Source of the DNA: Haliotis cracherodii
Taxonomy: Eukaryota
Reading direction: 5' to 3'
Assembly (NCBI RefSeq): GCF_022045235.1
Contig: NW_027266341.1
Coordinates: 57,288,001 to 57,352,000 of the forward strand
Length of the DNA: 64,000 bases
Shown piece by piece: positions 22,546 through 37,400 of this stretch. The translations under genes and the position numbers were made by a program. The notes under the pieces are model-generated. The model had not been told where the DNA came from and did not search any database. It saw only the letters and a program-made list of their open reading frames with translations. Positions within the stretch are counted from its first letter, which is position 1. Each line of letters starts with the position of its first letter.

Positions 22546-25180
22546 GTATTGGTGATATGCCATGTGAACTATTATTTTAAACAGACGGGCTATGAATGCG
22601 AACCTATGCGTGTGAGTGAAGTACTGAACCAAGTATATCGCCCAGCGCTGGTACATGTGCGCATGGTTTATATGAACTGACGTATAGAAATTAACGGTTC
22701 ACATTGATAATTATTGACCATACAGTGGCGATGTCGTTTGCTCGGTAAAATGTTCTTGTGCAACGTCATGACATAAACGAGTATTTCAAGACTAAGAAGG
22801 TACTTGTTTGTCATATGGGTCAATATGATTTGCCCCCCCCCCCCCCCCCCCCCTTTTTTTTTGAAAACCAAATGTAGTATGTTATAGAAATTTTCTGAGA
22901 TAGGATTTTGATATTTTGGACCTCTCCCTTTTAAAATTGCTGGATCCGCCCTTGAAATGTAAATCATTGACTATAAGGGCTACTTATATCACAAACTCCG
23001 TAAATGTCAGTATCGTATAAAATCCCAAAATATTTCCCTCAATGAAAACTGTATCTCATATGCCCATACTATGAACGCGACCTTTTTGTACGTTTAAACG
23101 TCCATGAATAAACAAGTCACAAGGTACACGTTTACAATGAGAAATCGTAACCACACACCTAATCAACGTACACTCCAATTCCCTAGTAAATCCACAAAGT
23201 AGAGGCAATGAATACTTCTTTGTGGCTAATAGGAAACGTACGTGAAATGTATCCAGTTAGATTGTAACGAAATACTAAAAAACAATAATTGGAAACAGAA
23301 ACGAATCGCCAAAACGCATCCCGGGAATCACTGACGCGCTTCGCAACCCGGCTCCTTACAACGTAGCGCGTCGAGTGGACGGCGAGATATCCGAACCTGC
23401 GTTTCTCACAACAGGTATATTATAGACAAAACCACAACACATCCATATGTCTGACATGTAGATCTATTAACACACATGCCATTTTGTTCTTCACATCATG
23501 TGACGCGAAGCGACAATGACTCAGCCGGACCGATTAACTCCGGGTGGAGCCGAGAATATAACCTGGATTGTGTGTCAATCAGTGCGTGTTATATAATCTT
23601 AGTTTCAATAACATCACTTGGATTATATCTTGAGGTGAATATGTCCAAGTGTTGCTGGAATGGTAGGGACTACATACACGTACACACCCTCAGGAATGCT
23701 TTTCATTGATTTATTTTGTATAGTGAAGCGATTTAATTTTTATGCCCCGGAAGTTGAGAACAGTTTGTTGTTCGTTCGCTGTCGTCTGTCTTCGCTCATA
23801 GCTATATATATTCCGTTCATATATTGATTGAGTGTACACAAACGGAAGAGTGTATTAACATTATATCTTTTCAAGATGTGTCACGTTCAGGAATGAATTG
23901 TATGGATATATTTTGTCTATATTGCATGGTGTAGCCATGTCTTATTCATTCAACACTATGTCTACATACGAGACAGTAAGTTCATTCTCGTCTGCGTGAG
24001 TCCCTGTGAATTGGCTTCATATATGCTTTGTACTAGATCTCAGTGGTTGCGTTCGTACGTTTATGCTAGGTATATGTCTAAGGAATGTAATATAAGCATT
24101 TATTTTGTATGTTACAACGTGTATATTTCATGTTCAGAGAAGTAGATTGCAGTCTTTTCGTCTGTCGCCACTCCTACAGCCAAGTAGCCCTCGTTCATAT
24201 AGTGTTTCAATGCAAATAAGCGGATAGAGTCTATTGACCTACATCAGTTGACCGCATGACCCGATTGTGGTGAAAGGATAAAGAAACAGTCATGAACGTT
24301 TGTTAATATTGAGATGTGTTGGTATTGTCATGTATTTGTAGTTATTTCGGTGTGAGAGTTAGACATAACAGTTTCCACACAGACCCCATACCCCCAGAGA
24401 GCCCCACATCAGCCTTAGGGGTATGGTATGACGAGCAGACGACGCACGAAGGGGCGTAACTCCAATTTCTTACCACCCGGGCTGATATCGATCGCCCATT
24501 CAAAATGCATTGTCTTACCTCCATGTCAGAATGATGAGTTCTGAGTCAAGAAAGAAGGTCAACGAAACACACCTGACACTGCGCAAGTTTACCATTCGTC
24601 ACCACTCTCATGTTTCCTTAACCTACAACAAGGCTTGTCCCGGAATGGAATGAGTTGATCACGAATGCACGTTAACTTCAACTCAATCGAAACGCTTTTT
24701 TCTATCAGTTCAGTTTCAGTTTCAATTTGTTTTTTGTTTTTTAAAGTGGCAGATTGTAAAGTTTCGGCAATATAAATTTGTTGTAGCAGCATCCGGCTAA
24801 GTTGGGGTGTGGGTGGGGTGGGGTGGGGTGGGATGGGGTGTGCGATTGTCTACAGCATACTTCAAAATGGTGTGTGTCACACAGTGTCTGTCGATGCTCA
24901 TGACATCAATCACTTGCTTGTATGGTTCAGAGGTTATTGAAATATGGGTTACAAAGTATATGACATGCAAATACCTGTCGATAATAGGTTTAATTATTTT
25001 AATATTTTGTAATTTTCGTGATCTAACCTGACATTCTCGTCTTTCCGCTGAGAAACAGAAACTGGCTGCACATGAGAGACGGGATTGCAACGGACAACTT
25101 CCTTTTGAAGCAGAGCCCTACAGTATCTGTACTCCTTGTATTTCTGTTCAAGACTTTAGGGTGACAAGCCAAATACCGAC

Positions 25181-28100
25181 ATGGAGTCGTCGACGTTGCT
25201 GATGCTTATTGCTGTCGGTACTGTTGCTGTCGTTGCCCTTGACAATGGTCTAGCGCGCACGCCGCCGATGGGTTGGTTGTCATGGGAACGTTTTAGATGC
25301 AACCTAGACTGTCTAAATGACCCAGATAACTGTATCAGGTATGTCTTAAACTACTTTTGTTCATTTTAGAAAATAGGGGTAGAATAGGTCTTCAGCAACC
25401 AATGCTTGCCGTAAAAGGCGACCATGCTTGTAGTAAGAGGCGACTAACGGGATCGGGTGGTCAGGCTCGCTGACTTGGTTGAAGCATGTCATCGATCCCA
25501 ATTGTGTGGATCAAAGCTCATGATATCAATCCCCGGATTGTCTGGTCCAGACTCGATTATTTACAGACCGCCCTCATACAGCTGGAATATTGCTGAGAGC
25601 GGCGTAAAACAACAAACCAACCAACTATTTAGAAAATAAATATATACATATATTTATGTATTATGCGAAATATCGGTGCGTAATCTTTGAAGAACTTTGT
25701 ATCGAAATGTTATGCACCGGAACGTAACCCTGAAACAAATGATACTGCGGCATTGTATTTCCGCAATGTTCGTTGCATGAAACTTAATGGACGTGTCTGC
25801 TTGGTGCACGATGATTGCTCATTTCCTTCCCTGGAAGAACGATCGTTTTCATTATTATCAGATAAGCAAAAATGTGCAAACTGTTGTTATTTATTTCTAC
25901 ATTGATTTGACAGTTAATCACGGGACGATTAAATGTGCTGCGCGCCTTTAGTTTGAAGTATTGACTTTATTATGCGACAACTGATAAGCTATTTCCATCC
26001 TGAATTGTTATCATATCGGGAATTTTTTATTTAGAAATAATCCAAAATAATATGGGCGTATTGATTAAAGAAAACGGAAATCCCAACATGGCCCTCGGTT
26101 TAACTTGATTCCTCCAAGCAGATCGCGACAAACACCTATCTCTACACAGCAGTTAGCCGAACTATTTCCGCAGTAGGCGTAGTTATAACACGGCAGCCGG
26201 TAAACAATCGATTGATTGGTTCATAACATGAGAAACCATGCGCACAATCGGAGTACGAGTAAACCGTATAAAAATTGTCACACATTTTTATCTCCCAATC
26301 CTCACTAGCCGGTTATTGCCCCAATAATAATAATAATATCACTTGATATGTCTCGAACCCCCGGCGGTTTACACGTGATATGGGGTACTAAACGCAAATC
26401 CTTCACTGAACCAGTTTGGGCCTACAATGTAAACCGTTCACATTCATAATTTCGCTGTGCAGAGTTGCGTCACTTAGGCATGCCGGAAACCTCTGATAGT
26501 GAGTTCGAATCCCGGTTCTCCCTGATTATGTTTCTAGGTCTGTCAGCACCATACCTGTGCTCGTGGGTTTCACCGTCTGAGACCTGCATCACTTTGGGTT
26601 TTCCCCCCACATTAAGCTGACATAACTGGAATACAGTTAAAGGCGGCGTTAAACTCAACATGCTCACTCAGTCACTCACATTCATAATGGTCTTGGTTTT
26701 GGCCGATATGTCGTTGTAGGGAGTTTGGGGAATAAGATGCGTACACACAACAGTGACACAACAGTGACTTCACGTGTAGATGTTATTCATCAATCTCTAT
26801 CGGCTATTTCCGTCAATCCTGGAAAAAAGGCTTTGAATATATTTGGAATAGGGGTAAGGCTTGCAGGCTTTCAACTGGTGAAAACATCCAGCAAGTCATC
26901 TGATCGATACCTAAAATTAATAGTTCTCTGTGAAAATTACTCAGACCTCTGCTGCACTATTTCAGTGAGAACCTGTACATGAGGATGGCGGACATCATAG
27001 CGGCGGAGGGATACAAAGACGCGGGTTACCAGTATGTGTGTATTGATGACTGCTGGTTGTCCAAGTCACGTGACAGTAATGGCCGCCTTCAGCCCGACCC
27101 GGATAGATTCCCGCATGGCATGAAGGCATTGGCTGACTATGTAGGTTGTCTCAGTTTCTGTTTACAGTAAACTACGGTTATAACGAACACGCATATAACT
27201 AACTGACTGATATAACGAACTTAATTTTCAGACCCGACCATTTGTTGTATAAATGTCGTATGTATGCTTATAACGAACTACGGTTATTACGAACTAAAAT
27301 TAGTGGTCCCTTCGAGTTCGTTATAACCGTGGTTTGCTGTATTTGTTTGTTGTTTAACGCCGCACTCAGCAATATTCGAGCTGTATGACGACGGTCTGTA
27401 AATAATCGTGTCTGGACCAGACAATCCAGTGATTGGCATCATGACTATCGGTCCACTCAATTACGATATGAATCAACCAAGTCGGCGAGCCTGACCACTC
27501 GATCCTGTTCGTAGCCTCTTACAACAAGCATATTGTGTGGAATCACCCGATCCCGTTCGTAGCCTCTTACGACAAGCATATTGTGTGGAATGACGTGATT
27601 CAGTTCCAAGGGAAAACCAAACTAATGTTATAGATACACTTTGACGGGGCATGGTTACTTGGATTATGATCCTTGGTTTACCCACACTCTACCTGTGTTC
27701 GCTGAAGTGGTAAACGTCTTCGACCTGTGCCACATTGCATAATATCTGGTGAAACCCTCCCACTCCCCTACCCATAAACATCATTAAGCCATCACCACAT
27801 TATATTCTTGCTCACTTGGTTGCTGCATTGCATCGTATTCCACCCAACTGCGTAGACTGACGCTCATGTTGCCATTCACTTGATTGTCTGGTCCAGACTC
27901 GATTATTTACCGACCTCCGTCTTATAGCTGGAATATTGCTGAGTGCGGTGTTAAACGCCCGACCAACCAACCAACCAAACCCACTGCTATGTGAACTTGG
28001 GTAATTTCGTGTTACGTGTGGCCCAAAATACAACAGATCTCCTAAGCTGGGATTCTGTGGCAGCACAACTCCTATGTATATCAAGTTTATAAAGTTTATC

Positions 28101-31100
28101 GTGAAGGACGACTAAACAGTTCTGGGTGGTCAAGGCTCGATGACCTGGTTGATTGTGTGTAATCGAACCCGGTCGACTTTTGACTGTGCTCATTATATCT
28201 ATCACTGGTCTGTCTGGCCCAGTCCTAATTACCCGCCGCTCTGATAAAGCTGAAGCATTGCTTATTGTGACCTAAGACAGTCAAACTAACCCATGAAACT
28301 AAATAACAGAGTCATGCAAATGAGACCATGATCTGTTTCTTTCTTTGTTTTTTCATGTACAGTAAACTACGTTTATAACGAACACGCTTATAACGAACTG
28401 GCGGATATAACTAACTGAGTTTTAAGTCCCTGCCATATGCTGTCTATATGCTTATAACGAACTACGGTTATAACGAACTAAAATGTGTGGTCCCTTTCAG
28501 TTCGCTATAACCGTAGTTTACTGTATGTGATTGTTGGTCCTTGTTTCAGATCCACTCCAAAGGTCTAAAGATTGGCATTTATGAAGATGTGGGGTCAATG
28601 ACATGCGCAAAGTACCCAGGAAGTGAAGGTCACTATGAGATCGACGCGCAGACATTTGCAGAGTGGGGGATTGACCTGCTGAAGTTCGATGGATGTAACA
28701 TTAACCCGGATGATTTTAACAAAGGTTCGCATTATAATATTGGTATCCATGACCTGTAACATGACTGTAGATCTGGCTTAGAGCTGGTCTTCAGAAACAC
28801 ATGCTTGTCCTAAGAGGCGACTAACGGCTTAGGATGGTCAGGCTCGCTGACGTGATGCATTTCATGGAAACCAATGTATCGACACCGTGAAGCGCCGGGT
28901 CCTCACCAACCCATGCTTGTTGTAAGAGGCGACTGTGCTTGTCAAAGATGCGACTAATGTGATCGTGTGGTCATTCTCATATTGTCAATTACAGGATTGT
29001 CTGGTCCAGACTTGATTATTTACAGACCGCCATCATATAGCTGAAATATTGCCGAGTGGCGTTAAACAACAAACAGAACACAGTGTATCGATACTGTACA
29101 GGCCGCCGCCATATAAATACTATTGAGTGCGGCCTTTAACAGCAAACAAACATAACAAGGAACGATAGTTTAATACGTCTATAGAACATTCATGTCGGTA
29201 CTAAAGAAGAAACTATATCAAGTTACACCTTGTATTTGAGTCCGTATGGTTTTACGCCGCTTTTCCTGCCATATCACGGGGCGGGGGGATACCAAAATGG
29301 GCTTCACACATTGTACCCATGTCGGTAGTCGAGCCGGGTCTTCGGCGTGACGACTTGTATAAGAAGCCGGGGTTCAGTGTTGAAGGTGTTTAGCACTTCT
29401 TTATTAACGATGTATACAACAGGTTCACAGTGTCATGTTTATTTTGTTTGATTACTCATAGCCTATACTCTCTAATAGTACCTTAATGTGTTGTCTAGGT
29501 TACCGTGCAATGGGGTTTTACCTGAACCAGACCGGTCGGCCCATCGTGTACTCTTGTGAGTGGGCTCTTGGGGATGTGCTGCATCGTCGTCCGGTGAGAC
29601 ATCACAGCTTTCACGACTACTGCTACCACTACCATCCACCAATACTACCACATTGACTGTGCAGAGTTGCTTACCTTAAGCGTGCCAGAAACCTGGTTCG
29701 AATCCCGCTTACCCCTATTACGACTCTAGGTTTGTAAGCACCATAGTGATATAACTGGAATACTGTTAAAAGCTGCGTTAAACCCAACCCACTCATTTAT
29801 TTTTAAGCGGCGCCGGGGAGTGTATATTGTACATAATACATAATGTGTTCATTATTCATTCAAACCTTTTTTCAGCATTCAACATTTTAAGACATTGATG
29901 TGAAGCTGATCTCAAATTAATGAGATCATTATTTCGATCCGATACTACTCTTGCAAGCAGGATGCCATCGGCAAGATTTGAAATCGCGCTTTGACAAAGC
30001 ATCTATAAACAACTATTAATGCAAATTCTGTCAGCTACCTTACTTATATAATATATCATTGCAACTTCGACAATGTTAATTACCATCTTAGCGTCATCTA
30101 CATGGTAATATGCTTCAGGCCGACTACAAAGCAGTCCTTGATGTCTGCAATACCTGTAGGAACTACAACGACATCAACGACCAGTGGCAAAGTATCGCCA
30201 ATGTCATCAACTACTACGCCAAAGACGTCGGCAACTTCAGCAAGATAGCCGGGCCTGGAGGCTGGAATGACCCAGATGAGGTATGAACAACCCTTGATGA
30301 TTCAACGTTAGCATAGATCCCTAGGAAACCTTCCGTACCTTGACTCAGATCTTACCGCTGGCTAAATGGATAGGGTGGTCAGGCTCGGTGACCTGGAAAG
30401 CGTGACCATGGGACACACCGTGATTGACAACATGAGCATCGATCAACGCAATCGAGCCACGCAATTGAGATACGATGACATGCATCAACCAAGTCAACGA
30501 GCCTGACCACCCGATCCAGTTAGTTGCCTCTTACGTCAAGCATAGTCGTCTTTTACGGCAAGCATGGGTTGCTGAAGACCTATTCTACCCCGGATCTTCA
30601 CGGGTCTTAGGTTTTATGTCACAACAGGTTAACAACATGTCATGAAATACTAGCTGTGAGTTAATGAATTTCATATCATAATCCGATAATGTTGAAATTG
30701 GAAATTGGACCAAAAATGAAAAATATGATTGTCCCCCCCACAATAATTGTTTCTGTGTGTAGATAGTTATTGGGGACTTCTCACTCAGTCCTGACCAGGA
30801 ACGAACACAGATGGCGCTGTGGTCGATGTGGGCAGCGCCACTGCTCATGTCTGTAGACCTACGTAACATCCGGCCGGAGTCCAAGAATCTCCTTCTCAAC
30901 AAAGGACTGATTGCTGTCAACCAGGACCCGCTAGGAGTCCCGGGATCTCTTCGCATGATGGTTAGTTTTTGTAAATAAATTTCATTATCTGTGCATAGAA
31001 ACATAAAAGACACAAAATGTTAAAAAAAGAAAGTGCTGATTCAGTTTCTATCTTTGAATGAAAAGCGTTTGGATTCTCTTCTTATATTATCACAAAAATA

Positions 31101-31757
31101 TAGAATTGTTTAAAATATTTTTACTTTACTTGACATTTATGTAATTCTACATTGATTGTCCCCCGAAAAACAATTAAGTAGATCGACGAGCCTTTTAGCA
31201 TTTGAAATTGAAAAAAAAGGAAGAAATGAAAATGGCAGTTTGTTCCAAAAGTCAGGTGTCGATTTGACACAATGTATAGCCATTGTTAGCCATTTCAAAC
31301 GCATCAACCTGTGTTCTTTTTGAAATTTGAAACTTTCCTGTTAGGTTGGTTAACACGTGAAAGTGAAAAAATATTTGAATATAATTACGTGGGATTTTTG
31401 TAATAATGGTTAAGAATTAATTTTGCAGATTGAACTTAGGTTAGCCATTTAGCAAAAGTATTGAGCTGAGATTTGAAAATTTATTTTTTTCGGCATCAGG
31501 TTGGTCAGATTTCGGTTTGGACACGACCCATTTTGCCCAAGGGCAGTTTCGCCGCCGTGATGTTCAACACAGGCCAAGGGGGCGCTCCCAGAAACGTGAC
31601 CGTTCCCATGTACCAGCTGGTCGACGGGTCACAGTTGTCCTACCTCGTGACAGATACCTTCACAGGGAATAAACTGGCAGTGCTGAGCCTCTTACAGGGC
31701 TTAACAGTCCGTGTAAATCCTACAGGTGTCGTGATGGTGACAATCACTCCAGCATGA
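25181..31757 (+). CDS. GH27 alpha-galactosidase-like paralogue 3 (~406 aa)
   Basis: Exons 25181-25338, 26966-27140, 28550-28724, 29499-29593, 30119-30280, 30763-30960, 31500-31757; exons after the first match paralogue 2 in size. Motifs DDCW, LLKFDGC, YSCEWAL, RNYNDI, WNDPDE. Confidence 0.95.
27165..27339. mobile_element. pogo/Tigger-like MITE family D
   Basis: TA|CAGTAAACTACGGTTATAACGAAC...GTTCGTTATAACCGTGGTTTGCTG|TA. Confidence 0.85.
28360..28523. mobile_element. pogo/Tigger-like MITE family D
   Basis: TA|CAGTAAACTAC...GTAGTTTACTG|TA. Confidence 0.85.
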
Positions 31758-32857
31758 TGACTGACGTACAAGAAAGTCTCGGCGTGTTTGCAAGGAATCT
31801 ATTAATGTTCATGAAATGAAACGACATCACTTGAGATCTGACCATATGACTGACCACTTCATGCGTTTTTTAATATTGCAATATATTTTGTGCAAACTTG
31901 AGAAAACGTTTGCAACGGTAAGTCAAACATGAATCTTTACGTGTAAATATTGAAATGATGGTGTAACTTGATGTACTATCTTTATACTGAACGAGAGAGT
32001 AAAACCGGGTTTGTTTACAGATAGCAATGGGTGAAACGTGAATGTATTTCAAGTTAAAGCAACAACAATGTACTATAATGTTGGTTATTTTGATGTATTG
32101 TATTGTTTGTTGTTTAACGCCAATGGTAGCCACCCCAACTGCCCATCCTTGTGGGTGCGTTGATACGAGCCGTATGAACACCTGTGTCTAGAGAAAATTT
32201 CATGTTTGATGACAGTTCATGCGTCTTTACTACTATTAATCTTGAATGAAAGTTCTACCAATTTGAAAGCCTGTCTTTGATTGAACGATTGTAAGTGAAA
32301 TCCGTACTATCCCAGGAAATCAATGATGGCAAATAGTTGGCAAACACCAAACTGGCATGTCATGTCGGGCTATTGTCACCGTGTTTAACATTAATCTTAC
32401 TGTAATCAGTTCGACTCATCAGAAAACACACATGTGAGGGATTTGCTGAGATCAGGTCGTCCACGGAAGACCAGTGCCAGAGAGGACAAGGTCCTTGTAT
32501 ACGCCAGGCAAAACGACTGCCAACTTCAACTCGCACTGTTCTTCTTCACTGGCATACCACATAGAGGTGTCCCTTAGCAACAACAGGCACCATATCGAGA
32601 ATGGTACCTTAAGTCTTTCACAGCTTGAGAACAGTGTTAATTCCTATTTATATGGATAAAATAGAATCTAGTTTCATTCCATTAAGTGTGATGTGCAATA
32701 CCAGGATAGTAATTGTTCATGTTTCTGTGATGTCCAGTGAATATAACAATAATGATAAGTGACCAGCAGTTTATTTTGTATAGAGAATGTATATTTTATA
32801 GTAAACTCACTAAACCATTGTCATTTGTCATTGTTCAATGCTGTTCGTTTAACGCCT

Positions 32858-32961
32858 GGTCTGGAGGCTGGAATGACCAATATGAGGCATGAAAACCCCC
32901 TTGATGATTCCTGTACGCCTGTCCAAGGCGACTAAATGGATAGGGTGTTCAGGCTCGGTGA
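32858..32961 (+). pseudogene. Duplicated fragment of the paralogue 3 exon/intron junction (PGGWNDPDE exon end)
   Basis: GGTCTGGAGGCTGGAATGACCAATATGAGGCATGAAAACCCCCTTGATGATTC aligns to 30252-30303; CTAAATGGATAGGGTG(T/G)TCAGGCTCGGTGA aligns to 30362-30391. The donor is mutated GT>GC. Confidence 0.75.
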
Positions 32962-34442
32962 TCGATTGTTGTTTAACGCCGCACTCCGTAATATTCCAGC
33001 TATATGAGGCGGTCTGTAAATAATCGAGTCTGGACCAGACAGTCCAGTGATTGACATGAGCATCTATCTACCCAACAGCGAGCCTGAAAAACCCAATCCC
33101 GTTAGTCGCATCTTACGGCAAGCATGGGTTGGTGAAAACCTATATTCTAACCCGGATCTTTACGGGTATAAGTTCATTGTTGAAACTAATGAGGCAATAA
33201 TCGATGATGAAGCTGAAATATGGATACTAGCCGGCCCCGTAAACTCTTACCAGTGGCATTTAATACTGGTATATAATCATCACTTCAACCGGAGTGCAAA
33301 TACTCGCAACATCCACGCTGGTAGAGGCACCATGACCACGTGAAAGCAAATTATAGCACCAGGTTGTGCAGCTTTCATTGGGGGGTGTCGAAGATAAAAC
33401 AAAACATATCTATCAGGCCATGTGATTTTATTACACTAAGTATATACATAAACATTTAATACAAAACGTATTACTCCGTATATCGCTTTTTAATACAACC
33501 AAACATTATTATGTAATACAAAATTAACATGTTACATACATTTGGGATGAATTCAAACTTCCTGGCCGAGGAAGAGTTTGGCAGACACATACATCTAATG
33601 ACTGTACATTATTTTCGCTCATTAATGCATTCGACAATGTTACACTTAGAAGCAACACTTCCACTTCTGTGGAAAATGGACAAATGGGAACATCGCCGCC
33701 CTCAGCATTATTCCAGCTATATGACGGCGGACTGTAAATAGTCGGGTCTGGACCAGACAATCCATTGATTAATATCATGAGCATTGATCCACACAATTGG
33801 TACCGATGACATGCATCAACCAAGTCAGCGAGCCTGACCACCCGATCCCGTTAGTCGCCTCTTACGACAAGCATAGTCGCTTGTTACGGCAAGCATGGGT
33901 TGCTGAAGACCTATTCTACCCCGGATCTTCACGGGTCTTAGGTTTATGACAAAGGTACCCAAAGGGCAACAATGCTACTGTTAAACTCACCATCCAGTTT
34001 ATCATGATGATGGAGGAACATAGTGTATGCAAACCCGTTATGTATTGGCGATGCTGTTCTATTGACAGTACCCAATACTGCAACCCGCCATAGAACCAGG
34101 TTAGAATAGGTCTTCACCAACCCAAGCTTGTCGTGAGAGGCGACTAACGGGATCGAGTGGTCAGGCTTGCTGAATTGGTTGATGCATGTCATCGTAGCCC
34201 AATTGAGTAGATAGATGCTCATGATGTCAATCACTGGATTGTCTGGTCCAGACTTTATTATTTACAGGCCGCCTTCATGTAGCTGGAATATTGCTGAGTG
34301 CGGCGTTAAAAAAAAGCCAAAAAAAGCAAGCTTCCAACATGTAATATATAACTGACCATCAGGAACTTTGAAGTACCATCTTCGCTCATGACAAAGATAC
34401 CAAGGAACAAAATATTGATGGCATGAAGTAATGTTTGATTGA

Positions 34443-37400
34443 TCAGACACTAGCAAAGTCTGGGGTGGCATCAAGACCCCGCTTCTTCCTAGTCTTAGCT
34501 TTCGTCCTTTTGTTGCTGCTCTTCTCTTTCACTGCCAGCTTCTGTTTCCGGCGGAACATCTTCCGTCTGTGATTCGTCTCAGCTTCCGTCAGATCCCTAT
34601 TATTTTATAAAAAAAATGACAATTGGGTAAAAGGGTATGACACAATATCAATTAGTGAACAAAACTAAAGCACACGTGTGTCTCAATTAGATAAGCTCAG
34701 AATAACTCGTGCATGGGGAGTCCGGGTCTGTTTGTTTGTTTGTTGTCTGATGCCACACTCAGCAATATTACAGCTATATGACGTGTAAATAATCGAGTCT
34801 GGACCAGACAATCAAGTGCTTGACATCATGGGCATCGACCTACGCAATTTGGATACGATGACATGCATCAACCAAGTCAGCGAGCCTGACCACCCGATCC
34901 CGTTAGTCGCCTTTTATGGCAAGCATGGGTTGCTGAAGACCTATTATACCCCGGATCTTCAGGGTTCGAGTCGGGTCTGAACAGGTCCCCAGAAAACAGC
35001 TTTTATAGCCGACCTACATGACGGGAATTCACAACGCGACCTGGCTGATTGTGTTCCATCATACACCGAAAGTGTTCCCTGTTGCTCATGCTATCACCCA
35101 CTTCGTGTGCCTGACTTGAGAGGTGTATTATATATCACTGGTGTGCGCTGTCCAGGCCGACATGATACGGAGATATTATTGATGAATGAAAACAACATTT
35201 ATTCATTGACTTGTAATGCTTTAGAAAGTACAAGGCGTCCGTCATTCTTGCCAGATAATCCTACCACTGTATCAGCGTGTAATCTTGTTATAACATGTAT
35301 AACATCGTCTACAAATACATTGTTCATCCATATCATTACATTCTAAAAAGAAAATTCAATATTATGAACACGTATAATATTCCCCATGGCTGAAAGTAGA
35401 GTAACCGCGTGGGGATTCCGGGTTAAACTTGGTTCTCCCCGTGAAGATCCGGGGTAGAATAGGTCTTCAGCGACCCATGTTTGCCGTAATAAGCGACTAT
35501 GCTTGTCGTAAGAGGCTAACGGGATCGGGTGGTCAGGCTCGCTGACTTGGTTGATACATGTCATCGATCCCAATTGCGTGGATCGATGCTCGTAAGAGGC
35601 TACTATGCTTGTTGTAAGAGGCGACTAACGGGATCGCGTGGTCAGGATGGTTGATGCATGTCATTGTATCCAACAATTGTGTAGAGCGATGCTCATGATG
35701 TCAATCACTGGATTGTCTGGTCCAGACTCGATTATTTAAAGCCCGCCTCATATAGCTGGAATATTACTGAGTGCGGCGTTAAACAACAAACAAACCAACA
35801 AACTTTAATTGGTCCCCACCAACATATGCTGGTCTCACTGGCGACCAAATGGATCGGGTGGCCAGGCTCGGCGACTTGGTTGATTGCGTGTCATTGTATC
35901 CTGACGGCGTGGGACGTTGCTCACAATATCAATCACTGGGTTGTCTGGTCCAGACTCTTTTATTTACAGGCCGTCATGTTTTGTTTGTTTGTTGTTTAAC
36001 ACCGCACTCGATATTCAAGCAATATTCAAGCTATATGACGACAATCTTCACGGGTTCAGGCCGTCATATAGCCGGAATAGTGCTGAGTGCGGCTGAATGT
36101 CTTTCCATACATAAAATGGCGAGCCGGCTAATGAACTTCAAGAAATACTGGATTTTCCGTTCCTTTTGTGGATCACGTGACAAAAGACACGCTTCAAATA
36201 GGTACTCGATACGTACTAGTACTCGTAGTCTGTCTTACAGACCTTGATACAAATATATATCAAATGCAGCCCATGCAAGTCTATAATGTTTGGCAAGTCT
36301 GAAAGGAAGAGGGCTCCCTTTTATATTTTTATTAAGATAACTGAACAACTGTTTTTTTCTGTACGATATGTTCATTTCAGAGACTGGATGTTAGTCCATA
36401 CTACTCGGAGTCTACAGCTCCCTTTTACCATCTGGTTTCTAACAGTCCTTTTGTGAGGATTGCGTGTCCTGTGTCACATGACCAGAAACAGTTAGAATAC
36501 GGGCTCTCGAGACAATACTATGCAATGAACTTTTGCTTAATTATTTATATAACCGTTTTTTTGTCATCTGAAACATTTTTCCGAGTTCACTCCTGAACTT
36601 GACCGGTAAGTCAACTTATATATGACCATGTGGTCAGTAAACGTATTGCATCCAACTTACCGAAGTCAGCTGATCCATTAGATGTTCTACATGGCTATAG
36701 AAATGTGAAGCAGAATAGGGTTAGTAGGTTAGAATGAACAGAGAGGAAAAAAAGTTTATAACATTTAAAAAACCCATCATGCAGTAAGTTGAAATGTAAA
36801 GTATCAAGTTGAAATTGGAAATAACACCCATTTGCAATTAATGAGCGTTAGGATGAGTGTTTCAAAAAAATAAAAATAATTCATTTCACCTTTTAAGCAA
36901 TCTAAACGAAAAAAACAACTGTGAGCAGTATCAATATGGTTGTACATATCACACACTTCATCGTTGTTAGGGTTAATTCTCAGTATCAAGGGAGATAACG
37001 CTTGTTGTCGTAGCTACTCAACCTGAGCTCGATCTTGCCGTCTTTGTCCGAGTCCAGCTGGCTGACCAGTTCCTCCAACTGACCAACGGTCAGAGGCAGG
37101 TGCACGTTCTGAGAGTAACAGCAAGTGACAGTGAGAGAGTGAACGCAATTATAGATGTATTTCTGTTACGCCATGGCGTGTCGAGACATATATATCATAT
37201 CATATCATATAATCATATTTAAATGTTTGATAAAGAATTTTGTGACCTTGAATATTTTTTTACTTATATGTTTATATTAAATCGCAAATACAAAGGGTGG
37301 TGAACCGCCCCTGTGTGTTAGGTGGGAAGAATGTACGTTTCAAGGTTGTAAATTTGTAATGAAATAATTACATTTTCCGGTAGACAGCCACATAAAATGT

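Noticed and set aside
22830-22955. Shared CAAGGGCGGATCCAG end with 39128-39250 as a long-range inverted repeat
   Set aside because: Better explained as two independent fragments of a hAT-like MITE 16 kb apart.
30500-30606. Hammerhead ribozyme in the antisense strand of family A (CTGAAGA)
   Set aside because: No GAAA core element or stem II at the required position.
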